64,000 bases of DNA from NCBI RefSeq assembly GCF_006345805.1, contig NC_043004.1, positions 36,580,001-36,644,000 of the forward strand. Direction: 5' to 3'. Below, piece after piece: positions 50,745 through 64,000 of the stretch (its first letter is position 1; every line of letters starts with the position of its first letter). The translations under genes were made by a program, and so were the position numbers. The notes under the pieces were generated by a model. It had not been told where the DNA came from, did not search any database, and saw nothing but the letters and a program-made list of their open reading frames with translations. The DNA is from Octopus sinensis (Eukaryota).

Positions 50745-51708
50745 ATGTATATATATATATGCATATATATATATATGTATGCATATATATATATATATAT
50801 GAATATATATATATATATATATGTGTGTATATATATATATATATGTCTATATATATATATGTGTGAATATCTGTTCATGTACTATATTTCTTTGTGTGTA
50901 TGTGTATATAGTCATATGCACGCATATCTATGCCTGCATTCAGACCTATCTTAGCCGAGTAGTTAGTTTTTACTGCATATTACTGTACAATGTTTGTATA
51001 TGAGTACCTCGTTAATTAAAAAAATAAAATTTATATAGGTAGGCACGTAGATTGGCTGAGAGATGACATAGAGTTTCAGGTTGAAATGAAGTATATTAAA
51101 ATACATACTTTTTTATTTTTTATTGAAGGGAAAAGCAAAAGCTATGAGCCTTTCTATAGCCTCCGAGACTACTGGAAGATCGAGGTGTGCTCAAAACCGA
51201 GACCAGGCTTCAATACTTAGAAAAGATACCCAAAAAACCAGGTAATGGTTTTAAACTGAGAGCCAGATAGAGCATATGTTGTCCATTGCGATATTTAAAC
51301 TGAGAAATCAGAACCGCAAGTAACATGCAGTTTCGCCAATACAACGAACGGGTCTCGGTTAGTGCATTTTTATTGACCTCGAAATGATGCAAGTCAAAGT
51401 TGACTTAATCAGGATTATAAATCAAAGTGCAGGACCAGAACAAATAAAAGAACCATTGTGCTCGACAAGCTAAAGATTTTGCCAGTAGACTTCAGACTAT
51501 GTGGATCTGTCTTTGTGTGTTTTTATTTATGTTCCGAAGGAAAACCTCTGTCTTGTGTGCGTGTGTGTGTTTATAATATCTGGGAGTATCGAATCTGATG
51601 ATATACTTAGTTAACCATTGAAAGAGGTTGAGATAACATAAACATTTGACATTTGCATAAATCCATGAATCAGTAACAATAAGAAGCGATACACAGAAAT
51701 AAACTTAC

Positions 51709-51785
51709 CGTCAACCATGTAAAAACAATTTCCATGCAGGCATGCAAGAAAAAAATAAAAAGGGTTACCATAAATGCCCTGGCAA
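51709..51785 (-). CDS. Candidate exon, 77 nt; hydrophobic frame ARAFMVTLFIFFLHACMEIVFTWLT
   Basis: ttcttcttag| acceptor and ACG|gtaagt donor; two frames open; no recognisable domain. Confidence 0.2.
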
Positions 51786-52623
51786 CTAAGAAGAATATCA
51801 TTCAGTCTATACAATTAGGTAAAAAAAATGACAATAATATAAAAATGAAAACATTATTGATGATCACTGGCTAATATAGTATTTTTCTACTGCAAATAAT
51901 GTTTTGCTAATTATCTGTATAGAACAATATTCCATGAAAGTACCAAGAGTAATAAAGCAAAGTCTAGAATGGAGAAAAAGTTCTGATTAAGAAAGCTATT
52001 GTTTTCTTTAGCCTTATCAATTAAGCATTGCTTTTATGACACAGCTCCTATGTGACATGCAATTAAGAAATGATTAATTGTTGTTTGAACACTCTACTAT
52101 AAATGCTATGGAAAATCGTGCTGCACTCGTCCAACCAATACTGAGAACAATATGTTTGTTATATCTTATTTTTATGAATTTGCTAATATAGATCAATGTC
52201 TGAGTAGAATCTATTTATGATTATATTTGATTGTATATTTTGATATTTGAGAAGATAATGCATACAAAATGTTATTTCATTTCATTGCACAAATACAATT
52301 TACCTGTAACATACATTATATTTCAATAATATTAATGATACTTAATTGCATGTGTGTATGAAAGCTTAGTTTATATATACATACTAAAATCAAAAAATTA
52401 AGCTCAATATGGAATTTAAGAAATATCTGTTAACGGGAATGCTCAAAGATTAATATTTACTTACATTTCTTTTTTTTATTGGTCAATTATTCAGGAGGAG
52501 GAGGCTATACCCATGACCTTATGAGGGTCTCCGAGATCAGACAAAAAATTACTCCACTACACAAACATTGAGCGTTCATTCTATCGTCCACATAATAACC
52601 CTTCTTATAAAAATAATCTGCAT

Positions 52624-52822
52624 AAGGCGGCGAGGTGGCAGAAACGTTAGCACGCGGGGCGAAATGCTTAGCGGCATTTCGTCTGTCTTTACGATCTTTG
52701 TTCAAATTCCGCCGAGGTCTACTTTGTCTTTCATCCTTTCAAGGTAGATAAGTTAAGTACTAATTGAGTACTGGCCCCCTCCCACCAAAAATTACGGGCC
52801 TTGTGCCTAGAGTAGAAAAGAT
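52624..52822 (+). mobile_element. SINE-A copy
   Basis: aaggcggcgaggtggcagaaacgttagcacgcggggcgaaatgcttagc...ttcaaattccgccgagg...cttgtgcctagagtagaaaag. Confidence 0.88.
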
Positions 52823-52988
52823 TAATCTGTATTTCCCCATAGTATCAATGCTATCATGTACAGATCTCCTATTTCTCTAAGGCTTTCAATTTTAGGGTAT
52901 CATTTCCAAATCTTGACATTGGTCCCAGTATCCAGTAATCCCAACAGCGTAATTCCAGACACGTATGTGTACGTTTATAGGCGTGTCT

Positions 52989-53097
<109 letters not shown>

Positions 53098-53185
53098 ATG
53101 TATAAATATGTGGGGGACGAGAGAGAGAGTGTGTGCTCTGTTGTGTGCGTACGAATGCATGTCAGTATGAGGGAAGTCGACTCAC

Positions 53186-53279
53186 CATTCTTTGTTAATG
53201 AGATGAAAACAAGATAACTTTCCAACCGAGATGAAGATTTGCAGCTTTTACCACGACTATTATATGTTTTTATAAATGT
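53186..53279 (-). CDS. Candidate exon, 94 nt, phase 0-1: TFIKTYNSRGKSCKSSSRLESYLVFISLTKN(x)
   Basis: gattcttcag| acceptor and AATG|gtgagt donor with one open frame; no recognisable domain. Confidence 0.2.
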
Positions 53280-56200
53280 CTGAAGAATCATATGTATTGA
53301 TATTACGTACAGATATAGGCATCCTCTGACCACAAACATAAAAACAACGCCTATTACGTGATTAGCATGTGTTTCTTCGGTGTGGACAATTTAATTGTAA
53401 TTGCCCGAAGATCATATACAGAAGGCAAAACAACACAGCAGAATGACTTGACGTAAACAACACCATTAGAAAAAAAATTAGAAGTCGAAGATGGGAAGGA
53501 ATTCTTAATATGACCGTCCTTGCATCTCATTTCGATGTACATGTGTGAATTATATATAAATATGTGTGTTTGCATGTTCGTGTTTGTGTGGTTGAATATA
53601 TACGTTTATGCTTGCCTATATGAGCTATATTAACAGTTGCTTCCAAGCTCGAATGATATATTGCAAACAGAACTGACAACGTGGAAATTAAAATGGAATA
53701 AGTAAGATTATTATGCATGATCTTAGGTAATAGCTATTATTGGATTGTAAAGATTTTGTATTTATATCTGCATCGAAATATTTATCACTGACGTTGCTAG
53801 TGGTCGGAATCGTAGAGTATAAACATCTGTTGTGTCTATTGTATTTTGCATCTCAGATGAAACATATGTTGCTCATGAGTATAATATATTTTTAAACATT
53901 TGCATTAGCCTTCATATAATGTAAAATATGACACCTAGGATAGAAACGCCTGGAGTAAACTCTCACCATTTACCTTTGAAGATAATTTATTAGAACATAA
54001 TGCCATGGAGTTATGTTTGAAATTTATTACACCCTTTCTTTAGTAATAAAACTATTACGATACACTTAAAACATCAAAGAACAAAATGAAGCACTTTAAG
54101 CATTGAGTCTTTGCACAGTTTTAATGATAAAGATTTGTAATCTATTTAATGTGCTTTTACTTCAAGTTTATTTTAAAACTACTTCAAATACTCATATATT
54201 TAATCCCCAACGCTAACATGGAAATTTGTCATGAACGAGTTCATCAAACAGAGATGGGAAATAAATATGTAAAGTCATAACGTTAGTATTTAACATAATT
54301 AAACTATTTTTTGTCCCTTAGAGCTTGCACAAACACAAGCTGCATGCATGATTTGTGTTGCACGATTTTGAAATCGTAATTCCTCGTCAATTGCAGCAGA
54401 TTTCTATTTAGAAATTCGCAAGTTCTCCACTGTATCTCATTACTTATTTCATACATAGAACTAGATTTTAGGAAGGTTTCTGTTGAGATTGCTAATAACA
54501 ATCGGAATCTTTATCTCCATCGATTCAAATTTTAGTTGTCAACTAAAATAGATTTTGGCTAATTTTAAAATATGAAGGAATGACTTTAATATATATTTGT
54601 TATTAAATATTCAAACGATTACCATTATTTTATGGAATTACGGTTTTGAAAGTAATACTTTAGAAGCAACTACTGTGTCTTGTTGTTTCATTTTCCATTT
54701 ATTTCGATTTAATATACGCAGACTGGAATTGTTCTGTAAGCAACGTGCATTACCTTTACTTGTCAAATTTAGCAGAATATTCTTTATGCAATCTTTGTAA
54801 AACCATTAAATTCGTATCTTGACATTTTGCAGAATAATATAAGAAAAAGAATGGAAAAGTCGAAATGGGAATCATTTTTTCAATAAGTTGTTTACTTCTG
54901 TGTTTAAAAATACACTGCAATGCATAATGTTGTTGTGATGTATGAAGGATTGAGATCGGAATTTGCTGTGTGTTTTTTTTTATTTTGTACTTTCATAAAT
55001 TGTGACACTCGTAATCATTGTTTTGTCTAAAACTATTCCAAGGAATTTAATATATTTAAGATTTTCTAAAGAATTGCTATTTTGTTTTATCGTGTCAATA
55101 TGTCAGTTTTATTAAAAAGACGTTCATGGATAATCACGATTAAAGCTAAATGTTGCCAATGCATTCCCTTTACGGATCAATAATTTAATGTAAATCAGAT
55201 TAGATTCCATACACATTTTACCAAACTACATTCTTGAGTATAATATAACTGTTTATTCTATATATTGATAGTGATTCTTAAAACTTATCAGATTGAAGTT
55301 TGAAAAATCAGATTACTCTACGACATTCACAGGCAGAAATATTCCATGCATATAACTTCACTCAACTACACGTCAATTGTAGGTCAATGTATAATTAAAT
55401 AATTTAATTCGACTTTTAATTTGGAAGGTTAGAATTTATATTGAGCTATACCGTTATTGAGATAAAACATTTAAATAGATTCAAGAGCTTTGATCACATT
55501 AAATAAACTAAAAGGTACCTGATAATTATGAACATTATATATACCTCCCATTAGGATGAAATTTCCGAAAAGATTTAAAAATCGAGAATGAAATACTTTG
55601 TATTAGGTTATATGCTGTCTTTAGCACAGAATTATCAGAGCATATAGTAAACTACAATAAACTATGGCATATTATTTGTTTGCGACACACCTTCTAAGAT
55701 GTAAAAGATGACTTTTTGCAGACCACGTAATTTATAAATACATTCCCACAATTGTCAGTTTCTTGAAGTTTCTTTACAAAGATGTTGTCGATTTAGTTAC
55801 ACGAAATAACATGGTTACGTGAGCCAAAAAGATCACAGAGAAACTAACATTTCCTGTTAATGAGTAATTAAATATCCATGAAAATAGTGGGGATAAATAT
55901 GAGTTAGTAGATGAACAATGGTAACTTCTGAGGGTGAGACAGATAATTACTCTATGAAGCAGAATCTGAACACTAAATTCGTAATGCGTTGTCATCTCAG
56001 TCCCGCTTATACGTTTGTTATCAATAAATTCATCTTTTTCATTTAGTTACCAACCAAACAACCTACATCTCTATCTGTATATAATTTCATAAACTGAAGG
56101 AAATGGACAGCTTTTCTATGTTAATTTGACATTAATTTGCAGGTATCGTCCTACAGTCCATGGGCTTTAGTGTTTATCTTCAATCTATACATTCTTTCTT

Positions 56201-57125
56201 CCAAACAGTTCCAGCTTTTCACAATAACTTATTTTCACTTTTTAATCTCATACTCTTCCTTAAATTCTTTTCTTAAATCATAATTTTCTCCTCTAACTTT
56301 AAATATTACATTTACTCACATTAGATTATCGTTATCTTCTATTTCTTGCTCCTCGTCATCAACGTTTTAATTTCCACTTTTTCTCAGCCTTCTTTTCTCA
56401 CCTTTTCCTTTATTTTCTCTCCTCTTTCCACCTACTCCCCATTTTCCCTCCGTTTCTTCTAGTTTCATCTTCCTTTCCTTTTTCTTTTCGCTTAACTCTC
56501 ACCTATATACATCACCACTACCTTTACAGATCCCATGTCAATAATATACAATTTATAAATTGTACCACACCTGTACCCAGCAGTTAATTCTATGAACAAT
56601 TTCAAGCTTTCTTCAAACAGTTTCATTTCTTAATCTTTTATCTCTTTTACAATTCACTTTCACCAATCTCTCTCTATCGCACTTTTTCGTATTGCTCATT
56701 CACTCTCAAATAAATCTTATATCATTTTGCATGCTATTTTGCACATTTTTTATTGTTAACTTCTATAATATTTATTTCCTAGTTTTCAGTACTAACACTT
56801 CTATCATTAGTTTCTCCTTCAAGCATCATAGCTGTTGTTGTCAGATATATAAACCACAACAACAAACTTGCATTATATCTAACTCTATTTCATTAATGCA
56901 TTCATTTCCTATATTATTATTATTACCCTTACTATTATTATTACAAATATTACTGTTGATGATGATGATGATGTGGCAGCAGTGTTATTGTTATCCTCGT
57001 TTTCCCATTAAACCTCCTTCAAGTATTATTTTAATTTTTAATTTTACTAATAGTCAATATTATCGCTATCATTATAATAAACGTTCACATTGAACTAATC
57101 CTTTACACCTCTTCCGATTATATTG

Positions 57126-57180
<55 letters not shown>

Positions 57181-57609
57181 CTATGTATGTTAGTATGCGT
57201 GTATATATAGATGTGCATGCGTGTATACACTTATACCTATATGACCATATTTTCACATCTCGTTTTCCCCGAGGAGACAAGCGTCATAACATCTGACCGT
57301 TTTGTTAAACAATAAACATCAATTATCTATCTTTATATCTATTAGCCAATCTATGCGTTTATCTTTTTATCTAACTTATTGTCTATTTGTTCGTTTATAG
57401 TGGAGATGAGAGAGAGAAGCAGACTGATATATATATATATATTTACACACACCTATATATATAACATTTTGTACATCGATAACAGGTGTATTATCAGTAT
57501 TTCCCATCTAACGATTACTAAAACTGCAACTATTAACCTACATTACGAATAGACACCCATAAATACATTTGCATACATATACATGAATGTGTGTGTATGT
57601 GAGTGTATG

Positions 57610-57658
<49 letters not shown>

Positions 57659-58476
57659 GTGTGTGTAGAATTCGTATTTACAAACGGGCGAATCTTGTGT
57701 AATATACTTTATACGAAAGACACCTCTTCCCACTCCATTCAATTTACATCATGTTTGCCCGATATGCATGTGAACTTTCTCCATCGACCATACTAAACTC
57801 TCCATCTCCACTGCCATCTTGCATCAACTCCTACTTCTACCTGAACTTCTACGCGCACCAAATATCATATTCCAACTGCTAATTAATTCCTTTGCTGCAA
57901 CCATGATATCGAATTTGACACAGCATTCGCTCCAACTTTTATATCTGCTAATCCGTTCCAAGTTCTATTCACACACAATAGTGAAAGGGATGTCACAAAA
58001 TGGTCTCAAACCCATGTAATGTCACAGGACTACCCGACTTCCCTTGTACCTCACCCATATTTTGTTGTACTTCTCTAGCGAACTATTCCGCGAACGTTCT
58101 ACTTCTCCAATTGTTTCCGTTAATCTCTGCCTCTTCACTCTCTCTTCTACGAAGATCATTCGCAATCAAAGTAACCTAATGAGTCCAAAATATTAGGTTC
58201 GTCGATGGCAAGCGCAAGACTCCATAACAAAAACCTACGGTAACCGTAACCGACCAAACTCTGATGTCTACTGTTAATAGGGATGCTACACTGTCAGCCA
58301 TAGAGAAGAATATTTTTTCCGAGATAGACGGACACAAACTTGGTCTATATAATATTTAAGCAATTTAACAGTGTAGCAATACAAGTGAACAACGAATAAA
58401 AAACCTAATTTATGAACAAATATAGGCCTTCATTGATACAGTATAACTACCATCAACGACAAAGTGAATTTCTTAC

Positions 58477-58565
58477 GTTTCTTATTCCGAACGTGTTTAC
58501 ATTTTCAATTTTTAATAATGACAAGGTTACCATTATGGAAGCGATCTGTAACAAATGCATTGCTT
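58477..58565 (-). CDS. Candidate exon with signal-peptide-like translation (x)AMHLLQIASIMVTLSLLKIENVNTFGIRN
   Basis: Good acceptor tgatttcag| and donor AAC|gtaaga; only one frame is open. Gene assignment unknown. Confidence 0.25.
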
Positions 58566-59580
58566 CTGAAATCATGTAAAAACACTTAATTTAATGACCT
58601 TTTAATTTTACAAGTAGCTAAAACATTTAGTCAACCTCAGGGTGCTAAATTAGAGTTGGAACCGTGGGGAAAAGATGTATGATTATTTCTATTATACAAT
58701 GTACTTTGAAATTTTTAGTTTTCATATATGTTGCTTCTTGTGTAAGTGCATGCATGTGTGCATGACCTGCACTTTTGTTTATCTGTATGACAGCTTGTCA
58801 CTCTTGCGTTCTATGCACACGCACAAGCAGATAGATATTGAAAGATCGGATCATTAAATAGAAGGCTTCAAGACGGTGATAAACACCAAAAATAGTATTT
58901 ATATTATACTAACTATATATGTGTATATTCCATTTGTGAATTTGAAAAAGAACCAATTACTTATTATAACAATACGAGCAGAAATAATGCTGAGTGGTAC
59001 GTAGAATACTCAGAAAACATTAGTTTTATGCAGTTGCCATTCAAAGTTAAGAAAGTACAACTGTTTAATACATTCAATTATTAGCACTTTTTCATCTTTT
59101 AGTTTCAATACACTCCAGAAGGGGACTAAACACACTAAACACATGAACTAAGCACTAACCACAATGAATTTAGATAATCCAAGGTGAATTTTTAAAAAAA
59201 CACGTTTAATGATCCACTATAAATTCTTTGATAGACGATTCTCCGAGTTAAATGTTTAAGGAATAAACATATAACTTTAATATCATAACAGAAACTAGCA
59301 CACAAAAAATATTTGATAAATAAACAAATGCATTTTCATCTGCCTGCCTGGTCTCTCTCAAGAATATGTGTAGATGTGTCAGAACCTGTTTATATATAAC
59401 TTAGAATACTTGATCTTTTGCAACAAAATGATGGCACAGAAAAAGAACTTAAGATGTAAGTTCTCAGTCTAACATTTTATATGATTAATTTGCTTCTAAA
59501 TGCATACACTCATAAGGATATATACGTGTGTACAAACACACTCATACAAAAACAAAAACACAAACACACACGCACATTGG

Positions 59581-59760
59581 ACCGTTGAAATCTACAAGTT
59601 TTTTTCATGCCTCTCTGTTTACTTTCTCTTATTCCTTTCTGTTGAAGAGCATAGGCTCGAAACGTAAAAGACTTTTCCATTTTTCCCGAGCGTCAAACTA
59701 ATACACTTGCTTACTGTTCACACACCTATCTTCGTCTTTTGTTTTTCTCTAAATTTCAAC
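59581..59760 (+). mobile_element. Solo ~180-bp PLE 3' end (more diverged subfamily) followed by (TA)n, with hammerhead-like motif at 59634-59671
   Basis: Motif CCUUU-CUGUUGA-A-GAGC(AUAG)GCUC-GAAAC-GUA-AAAGA; the downstream ...actaatac...cttcgtcttttgttt... matches the PLE 3' terminus. Confidence 0.8.
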
Positions 59761-60029
59761 TATATATATATATATATATATATATGAGAGTGTATGGTGT
59801 TAGACTGGTATGTAAAGGAAGGATGGCAGCTTTGCTGGATGTTTTACAAGAAAAAGTTATACAGCCTCGGAGAAACACATGTAGCATAATAATTTTGGCT
59901 CAGATTCATGGCCCCAACTTTTTAAATGACTTATTGCCTTCATGTCACTCAAACAACAATAAACGATATTTGTCCCTGCATTCTTCACTTGATTGTACGC
60001 ACACACAAACAAATCTCTCTCTCTATCTT

Positions 60030-60074
<45 letters not shown>

Positions 60075-60419
60075 ATGTGTGTGTGTGTGTATGTGTGTGT
60101 GTGTTAATGTAAACAGTATATAAATATGAGCAATAGTTACATATATTGGGGATGTTATCTAGGTAGGTTTTAATAACACGCCTTGTGCCTCCAAGCAATT
60201 CCAAGGTTCTGAGCACGTGGCCTATGCAAGTTACAAATCAGGACAAAAGACGAAGAGAAATCACGAGAAAAAAACGAGAGGAAGGCGGATGCAAATATTG
60301 GAAGGGTAAAAAAAAGGCAGAAAAGAAATGAAAAGAGAAAGTTATGTTCCCTTTGATCGTAAAGCCGTAAAACCATAAAACTAGTTTATGTAGAACCAAT
60401 CGAAGGGTTCTAATGTTTG

Positions 60420-60850
60420 CAATATTTCAGCTCAGTTTCGAGAGGATGTTGTTCTCCAAAGACAACTTGTCCATATCTTGGCAATTGCTAAAATTTTCTA
60501 ATGTGGAATTCAGCAGTGCAGTGGAGTTCTTCGACCTAAATATGATATGCGATTATTTAGTTACGCATAACTTAGATTTTGTTTTATCCATTAACATGTA
60601 GCATATATTTTTCTACGATTTTCCACTTGATTGGTTTCCAAGCCCCATCCGTGACTAGCCAACTTAGTAGCTTCACTTTTGCTTATGAGCCGGAAAGAAG
60701 ATCGGTGTTTAGCAAAGCATCTTTTGAAGTCGCATTCACACAATTCTGCTTTTCGGTTAGATTATCATGTGGTATTACTGTGACTTCGACCTCATATATG
60801 ACAGATGTTATCATGCACCGTTAGACAAGTGAGCAGGCTCCAGCGTCTCG
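60420..60850 (-). pseudogene. Degraded PLE GIY-YIG 3' end (Poseidon-like)
   Basis: CMITSVIYEVEV...LLSWLVTDGAWKPIKWKIVEKY...KLCVTK..LLNSTLENFSNCQ..KL matches VIY.A.V...IKW.IV..C.LC..EK...LLN.R.E..S.C. Confidence 0.6.
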
Positions 60851-61050
60851 ACAGTTACAACTGGGAGTGGGATCTTGGTGGTGTTTATGACAATTGTTCT
60901 TCCTACTGGGGCAGCAGATATATTATCATTCAAAAGAGCGTCTATTAAAGAAAAATCTGTATTAGTAATTTTCTGGGAAGTGCTTATCTACGACACACAG
61001 GAATCTTTTACCTAGTTTTAACGTTTAAGGAGAAGGGGGATGTGAACCAA

Positions 61051-61131
<81 letters not shown>

Positions 61132-62890
61132 TGAAACACGAAATAGAAGCAGCGGTAATGTAATGAATGTAATCGATTCAATTAAGTATATACTCGGTGT
61201 ATTTGCCTGTAGGCTGCAATTTGGTGTGGTGCAGATTACTATCTCAAAATGCCGGATGCTAAAACATATGAAAGGTCACAGACAGGCGACACAGCTCACC
61301 CAGACCCAATTCACTTAGCTGAACCGAATCGTAGAGGAATAGACCACCAGTCTACGACTTATATGACTATGTGCTGGTATGTCCGCACAATGTATACATA
61401 AGAATAAATTCAAATATGAAATGGAATTAGCACTAGTGTAATAAACACTGCCAACTCAAGGCAGAAGACTCTGTATTTGCCGTTAGGCTGCGCGAATGCG
61501 CGGTGGAAATAAAGCTCTCAAACTACCGAGTGTTAAAACAACTGTCAAGGACAGGCAACTCAGCCCCAGATCCCGGCACTTTGAGAAAGTAATTTCCACT
61601 AAGCCAAATCGCAATAGACACATTCTATTATTACTATCTTTGTGAGTGATGTGCTTCGGAACCCAATTTTCTATATATATAAAAAAAAAAGCATTTCACG
61701 TTCCCTCGAAAATTATGATGTCAACTATATATATATAGGGAAAGAAAAGAACTATATTCCAAAAATGAGGAAAGTAACAGAAACGGCAAACCCATTAACC
61801 CATTATGAAAATATGCCTATTAACATAATAGTTATTATATGAATATACACATAGCCAAAACTGAAGAGATAGTGCAGCTGAAAGCCGAAAGGATGATATA
61901 GGTAGACCGAGTATATATAAATTTACTTTTAAAGGCGTATTTAAATGAAAAATTCTAAGTAAATTCACATTTTTAATTACTTCATCTATTAACTACATCG
62001 CTAGCAAGAATAACACAATCATTAATGCCTGGATTCTGCTAACTTTAGTAAATAACATGTATAAACGTGCTTGATATATATATATATATATATATAAAGT
62101 GTGTGTGTGTGGGTGTAGGTGTGGGCGTAAAATATATATCATATGAACATACATGTGTGTCTTTATAATCATATTTGATGATACTGCACGTCTGCAGTAA
62201 TTTGTGTTCATGCATTTACGCGTAAATATCTATGAGAATTCACACTAATATATGCAACTACAGCAGGCAGATGGTACGGTACGTATTAAAGTATATTCTA
62301 AAGTACCTATATAATCATGAATTTGGCCATGCCTCGTGTTTTTCTTTAATAAACGGCATGCATTCACGGAAGTGAAGTGTGTAGAACTTGCAACCATTAA
62401 TTCAGACAAAATACAGCCGTGTTCATATAATTGGTCTCAATTTGCATTTTACGAAAATTTTGTTTTTAGTATTTCTCTCTTTAATTTTCTATTAGAGGAA
62501 TCTTGAAATGGCAGCGCATCTGATTGTACATGTATGTACAGATGTACTTATATTTGTACACATCATTTCATATACGCATTAAGTACCACGGAGAAACAGG
62601 TGAGAATTCGTCCTATTTTTCAGTCAATACTTCACATTGCATTACGCTGAATTGATATACTTAAATCTGATGAGACTACAGCTTCGTAGCTAATAGGAAA
62701 TTTTAGCGAATATTTCTCACACTTTCTTGTTCAGAGTGAAAATGTTTCAATTATATTAAATATTCTCTATTCGTTTCATTTAGTACATATTTGTAGAAGA
62801 GGAAAATATCTGCTTGTGTGCATGAGCATGTGCGTTCCCAGTGTACAATACACACGCATACACACACATACACGCATACACACACACACG

Positions 62891-62933
<43 letters not shown>

Positions 62934-63533
62934 TTCCATATATGTGCGTGTGTATATGTATATATCACAGGTATGGTTGTGCGTTTAATAGGTTCGATTT
63001 ACAGCAACGCGATTGCTGGTTCATCTGCACAATGTGGTTCTCTGGGTGAATTTTTCTATTGTCACTGATTGATATATATCTCGTAAACAAATTCTTTTAG
63101 ATGGAAGCTGTAAGGAAGCCCTTTTTGTATATGTAGGTTGTACGTTTAATAGTTTATTCAACCACTTGAATAAGTCGTTAAGACCAAACCAGTATACGTA
63201 CATGCACATCTCCGAAACACGTGAGCAGTGTGTGAGATTCATTGCATGGATTACCACACACTGAAGACGATTAACTACCCAAAAACCCGAGTCTATGTGT
63301 ATTACGTAAGGCTAAAGATGGAAGTAATGACCTCCCCTAGCAAAGACTAATCGGATACAGACAGTGTGTCGTTAACCAGCTGGAGGAGGTATCTTCCTGG
63401 GGCTAAAAACAACAGTAGCATCGCCCTCTATGGGACCGCCAAATTTAGTTGGCAAATATATTTTATGATTCCGTACTGTTACGGTTTACCTTTCGCTCAG
63501 AGATTAATATAGCTATATGTGTGTGTATGTATG

Positions 63534-63590
<57 letters not shown>

Positions 63591-64000
63591 ATATATATAC
63601 ATACATGTATATAATCCACTTTGTCCCTTGTCCTTGTTTTTCCCTCTAGTGTTAGCCCCCTGTGGGCAATAAAGAAATAAATATGTCGATGTATCTCCTA
63701 ATAAATATATTTGATGTAGTGTAGTATTTCGTATATTAAATTCTAAATTATATGCAGACCTTCGACATTTAATTAAATTCTCATAATTTTTTTACGCTAC
63801 TAAACAATTGAAAATGGGCAATATTTCACTCATCCTTCATTAAATTAAATAAATTCTAAACCATCCAATGCTGTAATTATAATATGAATACATGAAGATC
63901 TCCGTATATTTATTATTTCTTGATTCTTTATCCAGGAATCAATTTCTCCCGCAACGTAGGATGGGGAATGAGATATTGGGTAGGAACACAAGGTGGAACC

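Noticed and set aside
62667-62705. CTGATGA-GACTAC...GTAGCT hammerhead-like start
   Set aside because: No GAAA directly after the stem and no stem I or III; similar isolated CTGATGA/CTGAAGA hits near 12900, 39900, 51595 and 61861 also fail.

Overview
AT-rich, microsatellite-dense animal genomic DNA, very probably an octopus (inferred from the tRNA-derived SINE families and TA/CA/TAA repeat load). There is one 100-N scaffold gap at 24818-24917. The window is almost all intron of a minus-strand receptor-type protein tyrosine phosphatase gene (R2B, PTPRM/K/T-like). Four phase-compatible exons are recoverable (41662-41493, 30026-29939, 26778-26705, 13460-13424); they encode the juxtamembrane/wedge region and the start of catalytic domain D1 (KNRYGNIVAYDHTRV...DYINANYIDGY...YIAAQG). 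The introns hold many transposon relics: mariner, RTE, R4/Dong, a possible Gypsy fragment, many SINEs and several Penelope-like element (PLE) families. The main feature is a near-complete PLE (RT + GIY-YIG) at 17911-23758 in partial-tandem form with two ~1.35-kb pseudo-LTRs. Each pseudo-LTR carries a minimal type I hammerhead-like motif with an unusual CUGU(U/C)GA core, oriented sense to the host pre-mRNA. The same motif recurs in two solo ~180-bp copies. Two unrelated hammerhead-like elements sit in TA microsatellites (6147-6671, with a CUGAUGA core, long stem II and palindromic stem III; and ~35420-35860). A signal-peptide-like exon is nested antisense at 15567-15832. All calls come from reading the sequence; no database search, folding or alignment program was run, and TE boundaries are approximate.
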